A DNA stretch of 64,000 nt from Candidatus Cloacimonadales bacterium (GCA_963663475.2 CAXXJV010000001.1:2592001-2656000); one strand, 5' to 3'; shown: positions 1-11,202, numbered from the stretch's first letter. Numbers and translations are program-made. The notes: generated by a model from the sequence alone, not told the origin.

Positions 1-2
1 GG

Positions 3-1292
3 ATGACGATTAGACATCTTATTGACGATATGAATTTTGTTGACCTTGCTGAGATTATTGATGAGTTTTCTGAGCCTGAAGATATAATCCTATTTAGATT
101 ATTACCCCGTGAATTAGCCAAAGATACTTTCCAAGAACTCCCCCTTTATAAACAAGAGCTAATTATTGAAAGACTGGCATCTAATGTTAATAAACTCTCT
201 AATTTACTCAATGACTTAGATCCTGACGATAGAACTGCTATTCTAGAAGAGTTACCTGGTATGGTAGCTCAGAGACTCATCCAACTTCTTGCTCCTGAAG
301 AAAGAAAAATTGCAACTACCCTCTTAGGCTACCCTGAAGATTCTATCGGACGTCTCATGACTCCTGAATTCATTGCCATTAAATCACATATGACTGTTGC
401 CCAAGCTCTAGAACACATTAGAAAATATGGTCAAGATTCAGAGACACTTAATGTTATCTATGTCGTTGATAATCAATGGAAATTACTAGACGATATTAGA
501 ATCAGAGAATTAATTCTTGCTTCTCCAGAAGAAAAAGTTGAAGACCTTATGGATGGCAAATTTGTTACTTTATCAGCTTTCGATGATGAAGAAGAAGCTA
601 TCCGTGTTTTTCAAGACCATGATAAAGTTGCTCTTCCTGTTGTAGATAAAGAGGGCACTCTTATTGGTATTGTTACTTTTGATGATATTATGGACTTGGT
701 TGAAGAAGAAACAACTGAAGACTTCCATCGTTTTGGTGCTATGCAAGATGCAGTTGAAGACCCTCTTAATGCCACTATAGGATTTCTCTACAAAAGAAGA
801 ATTATGTGGCTGTTTGCCTTAGTTTTTATGAATGTATTTTCTGGAGCAGCTATTGCCCAATTTGATAATATAATTCAAAAAGTTGTTTCCTTAATCTTCT
901 TTTTACCCCTTTTAATAGGCAGTGGAGGTAATGCCGGAGCTCAATCTGCTACCCTAATGATTCGTTCCTTGGCTACTGGTGATGTGGAAATGAAAGACTG
1001 GTTTTATCTCATTGGAAAAGAGTTCTTAGTCTCATTATTACTAGGCTTAACAATGGCAGTGGGGGTAGGATTGATAGCCTCTTACAGGGCACCTCAAATT
1101 ATTTTGGTAGTAACTTCCACCATGGTCTTAACTGTAATGACAGGTAGCCTTATCGGTCTATCTCTTCCCTTTGTCTTTACTAAGTTTAAACTAGACCCTG
1201 CAACTGCTTCTGCCCCACTAATTACTTCTATTTCTGACATTTTAGGTGTTGTAATTTACTTCTCAATCGCTACTTGGGTATTTGGGTTTTAG
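3..1292 (+). CDS. mgtE: Magnesium transporter MgtE (probably 5'-partial)
   Basis: MgtE N-domain, CBS pair (YPEDSIGRLMTPEF, LPVVD..G.LIGIVT.DD) and membrane domain with GGNAGAQ, DPATASAP and SDILG motifs. Confidence 0.95.
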   Translation: MTIRHLIDDMNFVDLAEIIDEFSEPEDIILFRLLPRELAKDTFQELPLYKQELIIERLASNVNKLSNLLNDLDPDDRTAILEELPGMVAQRLIQLLAPEERKIATTLLGYPEDSIGRLMTPEFIAIKSHMTVAQALEHIRKYGQDSETLNVIYVVDNQWKLLDDIRIRELILASPEEKVEDLMDGKFVTLSAFDDEEEAIRVFQDHDKVALPVVDKEGTLIGIVTFDDIMDLVEEETTEDFHRFGAMQDAVEDPLNATIGFLYKRRIMWLFALVFMNVFSGAAIAQFDNIIQKVVSLIFFLPLLIGSGGNAGAQSATLMIRSLATGDVEMKDWFYLIGKEFLVSLLLGLTMAVGVGLIASYRAPQIILVVTSTMVLTVMTGSLIGLSLPFVFTKFKLDPATASAPLITSISDILGVVIYFSIATWVFGF

Positions 1293-1328
1293 CTCAAAAC
1301 TAAGATACTATTATTTTTCTGCTGGCAA

Positions 1329-1432
1329 ACTGGGAACATCACTGGGAACATCACTGGGAACATCACTGGGAACGCCTTCATCCCTGAAGGCAAAAGAAAG
1401 AATGCCAGCATGGATGCTAGCGCTCCCAGTTA
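1329..1432. repeat. REP-like element: 12-bp ACTGGGAACATC x3 + ACTGGGAACGCC, small hairpins, inverted GCGCTCCCAGT end
   Basis: Tandem units read directly; inverted relation to the GCGTTCCCAGTT units at 49.9-50.2 kb; lies between convergent genes. Confidence 0.75.
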
Positions 1433-1437
1433 AACCT

Positions 1438-3888
1438 CTATTTCATCACACAAGATTTTGTAAGCACAGAATGGCCATTACCATCATCAGCTTTAATAAA
1501 ATAAATACCGCTCGAAACATTTTTCCCTCTATTATTTTTTAGGTCCCAGTGTAAACTATAGGTTGGATTATCAACTTTTAAATTATTATAAAAACTCTGA
1601 CCTACTCTTAAATCTCTTACTTTCTGTCCTTTGAGATTATATACTCCCACCTTGATATTTTTTGCTTTAGCTCCCGGCAAAGTAAATTCTATAGTGGTTA
1701 CTCCTTTTAAGCCATTATTAAGCTGAGCTGGATTAGGATAAATCATAATCTTATTTTTCACAGCTTCTATTTCATGATTATCATTATTAGCTACAGAACT
1801 TCCATATTCGAAACAACCTAAATCTACTGCTGAACCATAAACTCTTTCACAACCATTTAAATCCATAGCAGTCATATAAAAACCTGTTGTATCAGGTATT
1901 CCTGCATCTATACAAGGGGAGTCTTCAGCTAAGAAATAAGATGACCATAAGCTTTCATCACCTCCTACAAAACCAGGATCTTCTTCTAGCATATTATCTC
2001 CCCAATTTAGAATCCATTCCTCATCATAATCTGTTACTAATGCATCTATACCACCTCTTACTAAAGAGTAATCTATATCAAGGGATGAGACACCAGGTGT
2101 AGGTACTTCAGCTGGGTCCATCAGATAGATTTCATAAGAGCTATTTGGATTATCAAAAATTGAATTCCTTATTTTAACATCCCCTCTAATACCCAATATT
2201 GGCCAGTTGTTGGTGTTATTTACTAGGGTCATATTATTAACTTTTATTTGAGATATGTGCTCTCCAGCAAATGCTACAGTTGTGTAATTCCAATCCAAAG
2301 GAGTATAAGAACAGTTTGTAACTAACAGGTTGTTTACCGTTACAAAGTCATCAGTATCATTGTTTGCATTACCATATTGAAAAGCTCTTCCTCCAGGGAT
2401 GATGGAATTTGTTACGGCGATATTGGAGATTCTATAACTGCCTTGGTCAATCATAAAAGGCATAGAGCCAGGTTGCCCCCCTACTTCCATTGTAACATTA
2501 AGACTATCTGCCCAGATATTATGCATAATTCCTTGAGATGCTGCAATTTTAAATCCGTGATAATTATAATTCTTTAAACTGATATCTTCAAGCAATATGT
2601 TACTTGAGTAAAAAATAACAAAAACACCATCAGTATGGATATTCTCAACATAAAGATCTTTCATTTCTAAACTCTCAACATTGTTTGCCCTTACTATCCC
2701 AGCCCAGCCTGCTCTTGAATATAAGTTCTTACAGCTAAAACCTGATACTGAAATATCACTGTTATCTTCAAGATAGAAAAAATTACAAATCTGGTTTTCT
2801 CCATCTAAGATTGTATCAACTGAGCCAGCACCAACAAGTTTGGTCCCTCTATCCATACTGATTGGAAATATCTCTCCAGTGGTATCAGGAGAGTATAATC
2901 CTGGAGCTACATGAACAATATTATAATCTCCATTTCCACGAGCTTTTAATAATGAGGTTGCTTTAGAAATTGTCTTTAGTGCTTGAGCTGGACTCAAGCC
3001 TGAGTTATTATCATTGCCTGATGGAGAAACATAAAGATCTGCTTCTATCCTCTCATAGACATATTCATTATAAGTTAACTCTCCATCCCATTCTATTACA
3101 TCTGAAACATAATAGTAGTGAGAGAAATCATCTTCAGGAGCTACTGATATTTTATCAAAATAAAGTCCGTTTAAATAAGCAGGATTACTATTTACAGGTT
3201 CAATATAAACATCTCTGCCCTTACCTGCACTGTTATTATAAACAGAATTAGGATATGTTTCAGATAATTCTAATTGGTAATCTATTCCAAAAGCATAAAT
3301 TCCTCCTCCAATTTGTCCTCCATTGTTATTAAAAATTTCACAATTAGCTATAGTGATATTTGAATTATAAGAAGTTATACCTCCCCCTCTACTTGAAGTA
3401 TTATTGAAAATTTTACAATTATTGATTTCAGAAAAGGGCTGTTGAAGATAGCTATAACAATCTATTGCAATTCCGCCTCCGTCAGTATGAAGCCCCTCAG
3501 GTAGATTATCATGATTTGTCAAAGTATTGCCGTTAGTTATAGAAAAACCACTCACTCTAAACCACTTAGATGTAGGAAGAAATCGATCATGTTCAAAATA
3601 TAAAACTCTCCATTCATTATCTCCATCAATAATTGTAGAATCTATATAGGCCTGATTTCCAGTGGTTAGAAATAGGGAGCCTAAAGTAAGACTTTTCTCT
3701 AAAACTTCTACATTTTCAATATACCTTCCTGGGTGAACTAAAACTGTGTCATAATCTACTGCTGCATCTACGGCAGATTGAATAGTGTTGTAAGTAAAAT
3801 CTTGCCCTAGCCCTACTTCTAATACTGTAGCTGTAATATTAATGCTGGCTATTAGCAATATTATAATTAATATATTAAGTTTATACAT
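1438..3888 (-). CDS. Secreted right-handed beta-helix protein (DUF1565/choice-of-anchor Q-like) with FlgD-Ig/T9SS-type C-terminal domain, paralog P1
   Basis: Signal peptide; TIQSAVDAA..DTVLVHPGRY.E and LYVSPSGNDNNSG..PAQALKTISKA beta-helix caps; SPCIDAG...DLGCFEY; C-terminal YPNP...YNLKGQKVR...WDLKN..GKNVSSGIYF. Confidence 0.85.
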   Translation of the reverse strand: MYKLNILIIILLIASINITATVLEVGLGQDFTYNTIQSAVDAAVDYDTVLVHPGRYIENVEVLEKSLTLGSLFLTTGNQAYIDSTIIDGDNEWRVLYFEHDRFLPTSKWFRVSGFSITNGNTLTNHDNLPEGLHTDGGGIAIDCYSYLQQPFSEINNCKIFNNTSSRGGGITSYNSNITIANCEIFNNNGGQIGGGIYAFGIDYQLELSETYPNSVYNNSAGKGRDVYIEPVNSNPAYLNGLYFDKISVAPEDDFSHYYYVSDVIEWDGELTYNEYVYERIEADLYVSPSGNDNNSGLSPAQALKTISKATSLLKARGNGDYNIVHVAPGLYSPDTTGEIFPISMDRGTKLVGAGSVDTILDGENQICNFFYLEDNSDISVSGFSCKNLYSRAGWAGIVRANNVESLEMKDLYVENIHTDGVFVIFYSSNILLEDISLKNYNYHGFKIAASQGIMHNIWADSLNVTMEVGGQPGSMPFMIDQGSYRISNIAVTNSIIPGGRAFQYGNANNDTDDFVTVNNLLVTNCSYTPLDWNYTTVAFAGEHISQIKVNNMTLVNNTNNWPILGIRGDVKIRNSIFDNPNSSYEIYLMDPAEVPTPGVSSLDIDYSLVRGGIDALVTDYDEEWILNWGDNMLEEDPGFVGGDESLWSSYFLAEDSPCIDAGIPDTTGFYMTAMDLNGCERVYGSAVDLGCFEYGSSVANNDNHEIEAVKNKIMIYPNPAQLNNGLKGVTTIEFTLPGAKAKNIKVGVYNLKGQKVRDLRVGQSFYNNLKVDNPTYSLHWDLKNNRGKNVSSGIYFIKADDGNGHSVLTKSCVMK

Positions 3889-3998
3889 TAAGTCTCCTAG
3901 TTCAGAATCATTTTTAATTTTTATCTTTTCATTTCCCTGGGAGGGCTAATATTGATTAGCCCCCTACATTAGTGTAATTCGTGAAATTAGTGGATAGA
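3889..3998 (-). repeat. ~110-bp inter-paralog spacer with GGGCTAAT-attg-ATTAGCCC hairpin and RBS (copies at 12848-12956, 15414-15532, 17984-18092)
   Basis: Near-identical sequence seen at four junctions. Confidence 0.9.
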
Positions 3999-6446
3999 TT
4001 ACTTCATCACACAACATTTAGTAATACCAGAATGCCCTTGTCTATCATCAGCTTTAATAAAATAGATACCGCTCGAAACATTTTTCCCTCTATTATTCTT
4101 TAGGTCCCAGTGTAAACTATAGGTTGGATTATCAACTTTTAAATTATTATAAAAACTCTGACCTACTCTTAAATCTCTTACTTTCTGTCCTTTGAGATTA
4201 TATACTCCCACTTTGATATCTTTTGCTTTAGCTCCCGGCAAAGTAAATTCTATAGTGGTTACTCCTTTTAAGCCACTATTCAGCTGAGCAGGATTAGGAT
4301 AGATCATGATATTATTTTGCACTGCTTCTATTTCATGATTATCATTATTAGCTACAGGAGAACCATATTCGAAACAACCTAAATCTACTGCTGAACCATA
4401 GACTCTTTCACAACCATTTAAATCCATAGCAGTCATATAAAAACCTGTTGTATCAGGTATTCCTGCATCTATACAAGGTGAGTCTTCAGCTAAGAAATAA
4501 GATGACCATAAGCTTTCATCACCTCCTACAAAACCAGGATCTTCATCAAGCATATTATCCCCCCAATTAAGAATCCATTCCTCATCATAATCTGTTACTA
4601 ATGCATCTATACTACCTCTTACTAAAGAGTAATCTATATCAAGGGCTGATATCCCAGGTGTTGGTACTTCAGCTGGGTCCATCAGATAGATTTCATAAGA
4701 GCTATTTGGATTATCAAAAATTGAATTCCTTATTTTAACATCCCCTCTAATACCCAATATTGGCCAGTTGTTGGTGTTATTTACTAGGGTCATATTATTA
4801 ACTTTTATTTGAGATATGTGCTCTCCTATAAAACCCACTGTTGTGTAATTCCAATCTAGTGGAGTGTATCCACAGTTGGACACTAAGAGATTGTTTATTG
4901 TGACAAAATCATCATCACCTGAAGCATTTCCATACTGAAAAGCTCTTCCTCCAGGGATGATGGAATTTGTTACGGCGATATTGGAGATTCTATAACTGCC
5001 TTGGTCAATCATAAAAGGCATAGAGCCAGGTTGCCCCCCTACTTCCATTGTAACATTAAGACTTTCTGCCCAGATATTATGCATAATTCCTTGAGATGCT
5101 GCAATTTTAAATCCGTGATAATTATAATTCTTTAAACTGATATCTTCAAGCAATATGTTACTTGAGTAAAAAATAACAAAAACACCATCAGTATGAATAT
5201 TCCTAACTGCAAGATCTTTCATTTCTAAACCCTCAACATTGTTTGCCCTTACAATCCCAGCCCAGCCTGCTCTTGAATATAAGTTCTTACAGCTAAAACC
5301 TGATACTGAAATATCACTGTTATCTTCAAGATAGAAAAAATTACAAATCTGATTTTCTCCGTCTAAGATTGTATCAGCTGAGCCAGCACCGACAAGTTTG
5401 GTCCCTCTATCCATACTGATTGGAAATATCTCTCCAGTGGTATCAGGAGAGTATAATCCTGGAGCTACATGAACAATATTATAATCTCCATTTCCACGAG
5501 CTTTTAAGATTGAACATGCCTTAGAAATAGTCTTTAGTGCTTGAGCTGGACTCAAGCCTGTGTTATTATCATTGCCAGTAGGAGAAACATATAAATCAGC
5601 TTCGATGCGTTCATAAGCTGTTTCATTGTAAGTAATCTCTCCATCCCATTCTATTACATCTGAAACATAATAGTAGTGAGAGAAATCATCTTCAGGAGCT
5701 ACTGATATTTTATCAAAATAGAGTCCATTTAGATAAGCAGGATTACTATTTACAGGTTCTATAAAAACATCTCTGCCCTTACCAGCACTGTTATTATAAA
5801 CAGAATTAGGATATGCTTGAGATAATTCTAATTGGTAATCTATTCCCACACTATAGATACCACCACCAAATTGTCCTCCATTGTTATCAAAAATTTCACA
5901 TCCTGCAATATCAACATTGGCTTCAGAGATTGCTATTCCACCACCTTGGCTTGAAGTATTATCATATATTTTGCAATATTCGATAATTGAAGCTTGCTGA
6001 TTTAGATAGCTGTAACCATTAATAGCAATACCCCCTCCATGTATACTTACCCCCTCTGGCAAGCTATTATGGTTAGTCAAAGTATTACCATTTACTATTG
6101 ATAAACCACTTACTCTAAACCACTTAACTGAAGGTAAATACCTATTGTGCTTAAAAAATATAACTCTCCAATGATTATTTCCATCAATAATAGTTGAGTC
6201 TATATATGCTTGATTGTCTGTTATTAGAAATAGAGACCCAAGAGTAAGACTTTTCTCTAAAACTTCTACATTTTCAATATATCTTCCTGGGTGAACTAAA
6301 ACTGTATCATAATCTACCGCTGCATCTACGGCAGATTGAATAGTGTTGTAAGTAAAATCTTGCCCTAGTCCTACTTCTAATACTGTAGCTGTAATATTAA
6401 TGCTGGCTATTAGCAATATTAGCATTAATATGTTTATTTTATACAT
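3999..6446 (-). CDS. Secreted beta-helix/FlgD-Ig CTD protein, paralog P2
   Basis: Colinear and highly similar to P1. Confidence 0.85.
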   Translation of the reverse strand: MYKINILMLILLIASINITATVLEVGLGQDFTYNTIQSAVDAAVDYDTVLVHPGRYIENVEVLEKSLTLGSLFLITDNQAYIDSTIIDGNNHWRVIFFKHNRYLPSVKWFRVSGLSIVNGNTLTNHNSLPEGVSIHGGGIAINGYSYLNQQASIIEYCKIYDNTSSQGGGIAISEANVDIAGCEIFDNNGGQFGGGIYSVGIDYQLELSQAYPNSVYNNSAGKGRDVFIEPVNSNPAYLNGLYFDKISVAPEDDFSHYYYVSDVIEWDGEITYNETAYERIEADLYVSPTGNDNNTGLSPAQALKTISKACSILKARGNGDYNIVHVAPGLYSPDTTGEIFPISMDRGTKLVGAGSADTILDGENQICNFFYLEDNSDISVSGFSCKNLYSRAGWAGIVRANNVEGLEMKDLAVRNIHTDGVFVIFYSSNILLEDISLKNYNYHGFKIAASQGIMHNIWAESLNVTMEVGGQPGSMPFMIDQGSYRISNIAVTNSIIPGGRAFQYGNASGDDDFVTINNLLVSNCGYTPLDWNYTTVGFIGEHISQIKVNNMTLVNNTNNWPILGIRGDVKIRNSIFDNPNSSYEIYLMDPAEVPTPGISALDIDYSLVRGSIDALVTDYDEEWILNWGDNMLDEDPGFVGGDESLWSSYFLAEDSPCIDAGIPDTTGFYMTAMDLNGCERVYGSAVDLGCFEYGSPVANNDNHEIEAVQNNIMIYPNPAQLNSGLKGVTTIEFTLPGAKAKDIKVGVYNLKGQKVRDLRVGQSFYNNLKVDNPTYSLHWDLKNNRGKNVSSGIYFIKADDRQGHSGITKCCVMK

Positions 6447-6469
6447 GAGGTCTCCTATTTATTAAAATG

Positions 6470-6501
6470 AATACAGAGAGAGGACATCCTCCCTCTGTAT
6501 T
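6470..6501 (-). terminator. Hairpin AATACAGAG-N-CTCTGTATT between the large gene and P2 (identical copy near 20567-20598)
   Basis: Inverted repeat read directly; terminator or processing role is inferred. Confidence 0.5.
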
Positions 6502-6531
6502 ATACTATTGATTAATTACTTTTTCTGTCAA

Positions 6532-9500
6532 CTATTTCATGAGAATCATTTTCTCAGTGAAACTTTTTTCTTTCGTTTCCATTTTGCAGAAATAAAGTCC
6601 TGAAGCAACTCTCTGTTCATTTGAGTTTGTACCATCCCATACTATTTTATGATTCCCAGCTTCATATTTACCATTAATAAGAGTCTTAACTAATTGACCT
6701 TTGAGGTTATATACGCGAATGTTCACTTGGCTATTTTCCTTTAGGTTAAACTCAATTGTCGTTTCAGGATTAAATGGATTAGGATAAATTGATCTAATCT
6801 CAGTGGTTACAGGTAGAGCATTACTTTGTTGGTCATCCTTGGATGTTAAATCAAAGAATACAATTTCATCCTCAACCTTATGATTAATTTGCCTTACATA
6901 ATTATCTATAACTGAATCATAAACTCTGTAGTCTGCAAATCTCTTAACACTTTTACTGTCATTATAATCATGCATAACAAAGGAGATAGTATCATTTTCT
7001 GTTAATGCTAAAGAATCCAAGTAAGCAAAAACAGTAACAACTGAATCTGCTATTATACCAGCACCTTTGCATTGACCATTAATATAAACACCTAATTCTC
7101 CAGAAGGCTCAGAAGATTTATCAGGAGTGAAATCTGCTATTTTAACTTGTAATGGTAGATAATTCTCTTTTTCTTGGTAAGTAAAAGTAAATGGTTTAGT
7201 ACTTTTAACTTTGGGAACTACAGTAAGTCCATCACTCCAGTTAAACTCAATTTGCTCACTTTCTCCACAATAAACGACATCTACTGCTTCACCCAGATCT
7301 AGGGATGGTTTTTTCCCAGTATGAGAGATTAAATGCCAACCTAAATCATTTGTAGATCCCTTAGGGCTCTGAGGATATCCATAATAGATTGCCCAATCTT
7401 CACCCTTAACAGATTCTATCATACCAGAATCTAAAAGGTCCTGGAAAGCATCCATAGGATTACAGCTTTCCTCTTTGTAATAGCCTATTAAGTTAGATCC
7501 TGTTTGAGTAAATGGTAAACGAGATAAGATAATCTGATTACCACTTGGATAATGCAGAGGATGGCCAACAGGCTTACCAAAATGATCAATTTTATAATCA
7601 TTTACAAACGCTCTTATCTTAAAGCCTTTTTGTCCGAAAACTGGAGTGTTAGCCTGAGAACCGTATTGATTAGTATAGTTATGTTCAATCAAGTTCACTT
7701 GTGCACCTTCAAGGTAGTGAGTCAGTTCATATCGACTTGGATCATCTAAAGTATAAGGGAAGCAAATCCAACGAACTTGATCGGCAGGAAGAACATGACC
7801 CCAGCCATCCATATCTGCAGGGATTGCTCCAATTTCAGGTCTAGTACCAAAAACATCCTGATCGTCTTTATCTTCAAACCACCATGCACCATCACCGTCT
7901 AAATCTCTAACTCCTGCTTCAATACAAGGAGATTGTTGTGTCAATGTCCAGATTGGGCGATAATTAGTGTCTAAGAGAGGGTCTACAATTTCATATCCTG
8001 AGGACATAGAAACAGGGTTAGAAGAAGCGTAACCATAAATTATACAATTAGATAATTCGCCTTGTGTGCCATTATAACATCCTACTGCATAATTTACATT
8101 TTCCTTTGTTAGAAAAATATCATTAATGCAACTAATTTGGGAATTATCATAACATAAAATACTCCTACCACTATAATTATTGATATAAGTATTGTTCAAG
8201 GAAGATAATTCAGAATTCCCAGATAAAGACAAGAGAGCATCAGGACTCATAAATGTACTATTATCTACAAATTCATCAAATATATTATGATTAAGGTTCA
8301 GATTTGTTTCATGAATATAGATTGATGATGCTTTGTAAATACCGTTATATACAATATTTTCACTATCAATATAGTTATCTATAAATGTAGAATTCTCTAT
8401 TGTTAGCTCAGGTATTCCCTTAACAAAAATCGCTCCTCCAACTTTAGCGTGGTTATCACTAAAGGTGCAATTATCTATTGTTACAGCATTTTCTAATGTG
8501 TTTCCACCATTAATATATATTGCTCCACCAACCCCTATGATTGAATCTGTATTCAGATAAGCTAAATCATAGTCGTCATAGTAAGTAGCAGTATTACTAT
8601 TATTAGTAAATGAGCAATTTGTTATTGAAATTAAATTATTTTCTATGAAATTATCAATTTTAATTCCAGATTTATTGTTTTCAAACACACAATTGTCAAT
8701 TGATACATCAACTTGGTTAACAGTTGGAGAAAAACATTCTACTGTTATTAAAATTGGAACATTATTGATATCATTGAATGAAGAGTTTTTTAGGGTAAGA
8801 TTAACTTCCCCCCCTAATGTTAATTCCAACTCTGACTCATTTTGATCGAAATTAAAATTTCTTAAGGTGTATATACCATTAACAAAAGCCATATAGAGTT
8901 TCTTATGGCTTCGCCCCCTTCCATCTATTGTGACATTAAGAGGATTACTATGTGCCCATGTAAAGAATATATTATCTTCCTCTATATCATGTTGAACAAT
9001 AATATAAGAATTAATTGCTTCTGTTGTAGGATTTAGTTCATAATATTCATTTAAATATTCAAGAGCATCATCTACACTATGAAAAAGTGAAGGGTCATTA
9101 CTATCTCTGTTAACAAATAGAATGGTTTGATCGCTTAGTTGCATATAAGAACATATTTCTATAGTTGAATTATTTCCTAAATCTATATCTCCCAACGAAA
9201 CAAGGTAAGTTCTGGTAGGGATGTCTGACCTACTAAATTCTATCTTCAGCTTTTGCCCTAAATCTAAAATCATATCATTAATACTGTATACGCCATTAAT
9301 ATCAGTTACTGTTTCTGATAAAATATTTTCGTTAAAGTCTTTTAGTTTTACAACAACATTGTCCAGTAGACCTAAATTGCTTAGTGCCTGTCCTTCAAAG
9401 TTAACTTTCCACTTGTTTTCAACAAACATTGATACAACATCATTATAATACTGCATATTGCCATGAGATTGAATGCTATTATCAAACAATATATAGCTAC

Positions 9501-11202
9501 CTCTACTTCTATTTGTCATTGATTGGGTAATAACCTGATGTGGAGTATATATAAACTCATCATTTGTATCTTCAATATCAAGACTAGAGTAGGTAGGCAT
9601 AAAACAAGATTTATGACCAATAATATGATCAATAGTATATTTAACATGAGCAAGACCTTGTTGTCCTATCCAATCGCTTGTGTACGGTGAAACTTCCCAA
9701 GAAAAATATGAACCAGGATAATAATCCATATCAACATCAGTTTCGGTAATCATTTCTGTAGCCCATGTATTACCCATTAAAACCCCACTACCTTCAAACT
9801 CAATTTCTAGATCTGAATAAACCCCCGAAATATCAATTTCTGAAGTGCTACCTAATGATAACAAGGCACATGTTATATTATTATTATTGGGATAGCCTGG
9901 TTTTTCTTTATCACTATTTAAAAGAGGTGGTAAATCATTACCATACAATTGATTGTAAAGAAATCTATCTGAGGGGTTTAAGTATGAGTAAAAATACAAT
10001 GACTCTTTGGTCCCATAAGTGCTTGGGTATAATCCTCCATTATCATTAATGCTATTTGAATGAATCCCCCATATATTGTTTCTAACCATTTGCAATGCTG
10101 AAGGACTAATACTCCCAATAAAGGTGTTATAGGCATTTCTTTTTTCACTTAATGATGCTAGCATAACTTTTTCTTCGACCATGTTCTGAAATGGCATACC
10201 TATTGTGTTTAACAAATTCGAAGCTACATCCTCAGGGAGATCATCAATCATATCATAAATGTGTTTTAAATCCATTTGGAGATTTTTATTTAATAGTGCC
10301 CCTCGATGAGGTGAGTCTAAAGTTAATAATTTATCCACATTGTGACCGAGCGAGACATCTTCTAACCAAGCTAATGCAAAACGTCCTAATACACCACCCA
10401 TTGATGTACCAATTACAATAAAAGGTTCTTCTTGAAAATTATCAATAAATTTAATAGCTTTCGCTGTAGCCATTGATAAAATCCGCAAATCTGCTTTAGG
10501 ATTTGTAAAATTTAAATACCAAATATTCCCATCTATCTCATTTAAATCAAAATTATCAAATGCATATCCTGGATTATATTTATATACTGGATCCCAACCT
10601 TCAATAATAAGAACATTATTGCTAAATCCTCGATCTAAAAAATGAAGACTTGAATAATTATTTTCCCAGTGGTCTATATCAAATAATTCATCCACTATAG
10701 TAACAGTATTATAGTAAACACCTTCGACATCACCACTTAAATTATACACAGTCAATTCTTGTTCGTACTGACCTGCAGCAGAATAAGAATGGGATTTACT
10801 AAAGTTCATGTTACTTTCATTAGTTGATGTATCATCTCCCCAATCAATATCCCAAAGATATATTGCAGGAGCTAGTCCGATATTATAGTACATACAATGA
10901 GCATAAAATGGTGTATTATAATAACCTATTTGCCAATTTTCTGGATCATTAGTATTCTCATCTGTTGAATAGACTCTCCAACCATCATATTTGGTAGAAT
11001 TATTTGCATTATACTGTACTTCATTATAACCTAGTGAGTAATAATAATCAGATAGATTTAATGGTGCAGATAAACTACTAGTATCACTTCTAAACAATTG
11101 TTCATTAACACCATGTTCAAGAAAAGGATTATAGCCTGGTAAAATCTGAGCTAAAGCCAATATTGGGAATAAAGCAATTAGTAAAAAAAAGGTTTTTTTC
11201 AT
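6532..11202 (-). CDS. 1556-aa secreted multidomain protein: PKD-like, alpha/beta-hydrolase (PGAP1/lipase-like), beta-sandwich, beta-helix, FlgD-Ig/T9SS-type CTD
   Basis: Signal peptide; WDIDWGDD..SHSYSAAGQY (PKD-like); GTSMGG nucleophile elbow and TLDSPHRGA; NCTFSDN.A..GGAI repeats; YPNPFNPETTI...YNLKGQLV...WDGTN...ASGLYF. Confidence 0.8.
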   Translation of the reverse strand: MKKTFFLLIALFPILALAQILPGYNPFLEHGVNEQLFRSDTSSLSAPLNLSDYYYSLGYNEVQYNANNSTKYDGWRVYSTDENTNDPENWQIGYYNTPFYAHCMYYNIGLAPAIYLWDIDWGDDTSTNESNMNFSKSHSYSAAGQYEQELTVYNLSGDVEGVYYNTVTIVDELFDIDHWENNYSSLHFLDRGFSNNVLIIEGWDPVYKYNPGYAFDNFDLNEIDGNIWYLNFTNPKADLRILSMATAKAIKFIDNFQEEPFIVIGTSMGGVLGRFALAWLEDVSLGHNVDKLLTLDSPHRGALLNKNLQMDLKHIYDMIDDLPEDVASNLLNTIGMPFQNMVEEKVMLASLSEKRNAYNTFIGSISPSALQMVRNNIWGIHSNSINDNGGLYPSTYGTKESLYFYSYLNPSDRFLYNQLYGNDLPPLLNSDKEKPGYPNNNNITCALLSLGSTSEIDISGVYSDLEIEFEGSGVLMGNTWATEMITETDVDMDYYPGSYFSWEVSPYTSDWIGQQGLAHVKYTIDHIIGHKSCFMPTYSSLDIEDTNDEFIYTPHQVITQSMTNRSRGSYILFDNSIQSHGNMQYYNDVVSMFVENKWKVNFEGQALSNLGLLDNVVVKLKDFNENILSETVTDINGVYSINDMILDLGQKLKIEFSRSDIPTRTYLVSLGDIDLGNNSTIEICSYMQLSDQTILFVNRDSNDPSLFHSVDDALEYLNEYYELNPTTEAINSYIIVQHDIEEDNIFFTWAHSNPLNVTIDGRGRSHKKLYMAFVNGIYTLRNFNFDQNESELELTLGGEVNLTLKNSSFNDINNVPILITVECFSPTVNQVDVSIDNCVFENNKSGIKIDNFIENNLISITNCSFTNNSNTATYYDDYDLAYLNTDSIIGVGGAIYINGGNTLENAVTIDNCTFSDNHAKVGGAIFVKGIPELTIENSTFIDNYIDSENIVYNGIYKASSIYIHETNLNLNHNIFDEFVDNSTFMSPDALLSLSGNSELSSLNNTYINNYSGRSILCYDNSQISCINDIFLTKENVNYAVGCYNGTQGELSNCIIYGYASSNPVSMSSGYEIVDPLLDTNYRPIWTLTQQSPCIEAGVRDLDGDGAWWFEDKDDQDVFGTRPEIGAIPADMDGWGHVLPADQVRWICFPYTLDDPSRYELTHYLEGAQVNLIEHNYTNQYGSQANTPVFGQKGFKIRAFVNDYKIDHFGKPVGHPLHYPSGNQIILSRLPFTQTGSNLIGYYKEESCNPMDAFQDLLDSGMIESVKGEDWAIYYGYPQSPKGSTNDLGWHLISHTGKKPSLDLGEAVDVVYCGESEQIEFNWSDGLTVVPKVKSTKPFTFTYQEKENYLPLQVKIADFTPDKSSEPSGELGVYINGQCKGAGIIADSVVTVFAYLDSLALTENDTISFVMHDYNDSKSVKRFADYRVYDSVIDNYVRQINHKVEDEIVFFDLTSKDDQQSNALPVTTEIRSIYPNPFNPETTIEFNLKENSQVNIRVYNLKGQLVKTLINGKYEAGNHKIVWDGTNSNEQRVASGLYFCKMETKEKSFTEKMILMK

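Noticed and set aside
1329-1376. Short direct repeats as a CRISPR array (also 49771-50165 and 44108-44205)
   Set aside because: Units are 8-18 bp and abut without unique spacers; no cas genes in the window
1282-1542. ORFs translated from repeats (also 26337-26567, 44047-44322, 48152-48448, 49866-50214, 30816-31004)
   Set aside because: Low-complexity translations of REP or microsatellite DNA with no coding signal
1887-3251. Recurrent antisense ORFs within the paralogs and other long genes
   Set aside because: Shadow ORFs; they recur only because the host genes are duplicated
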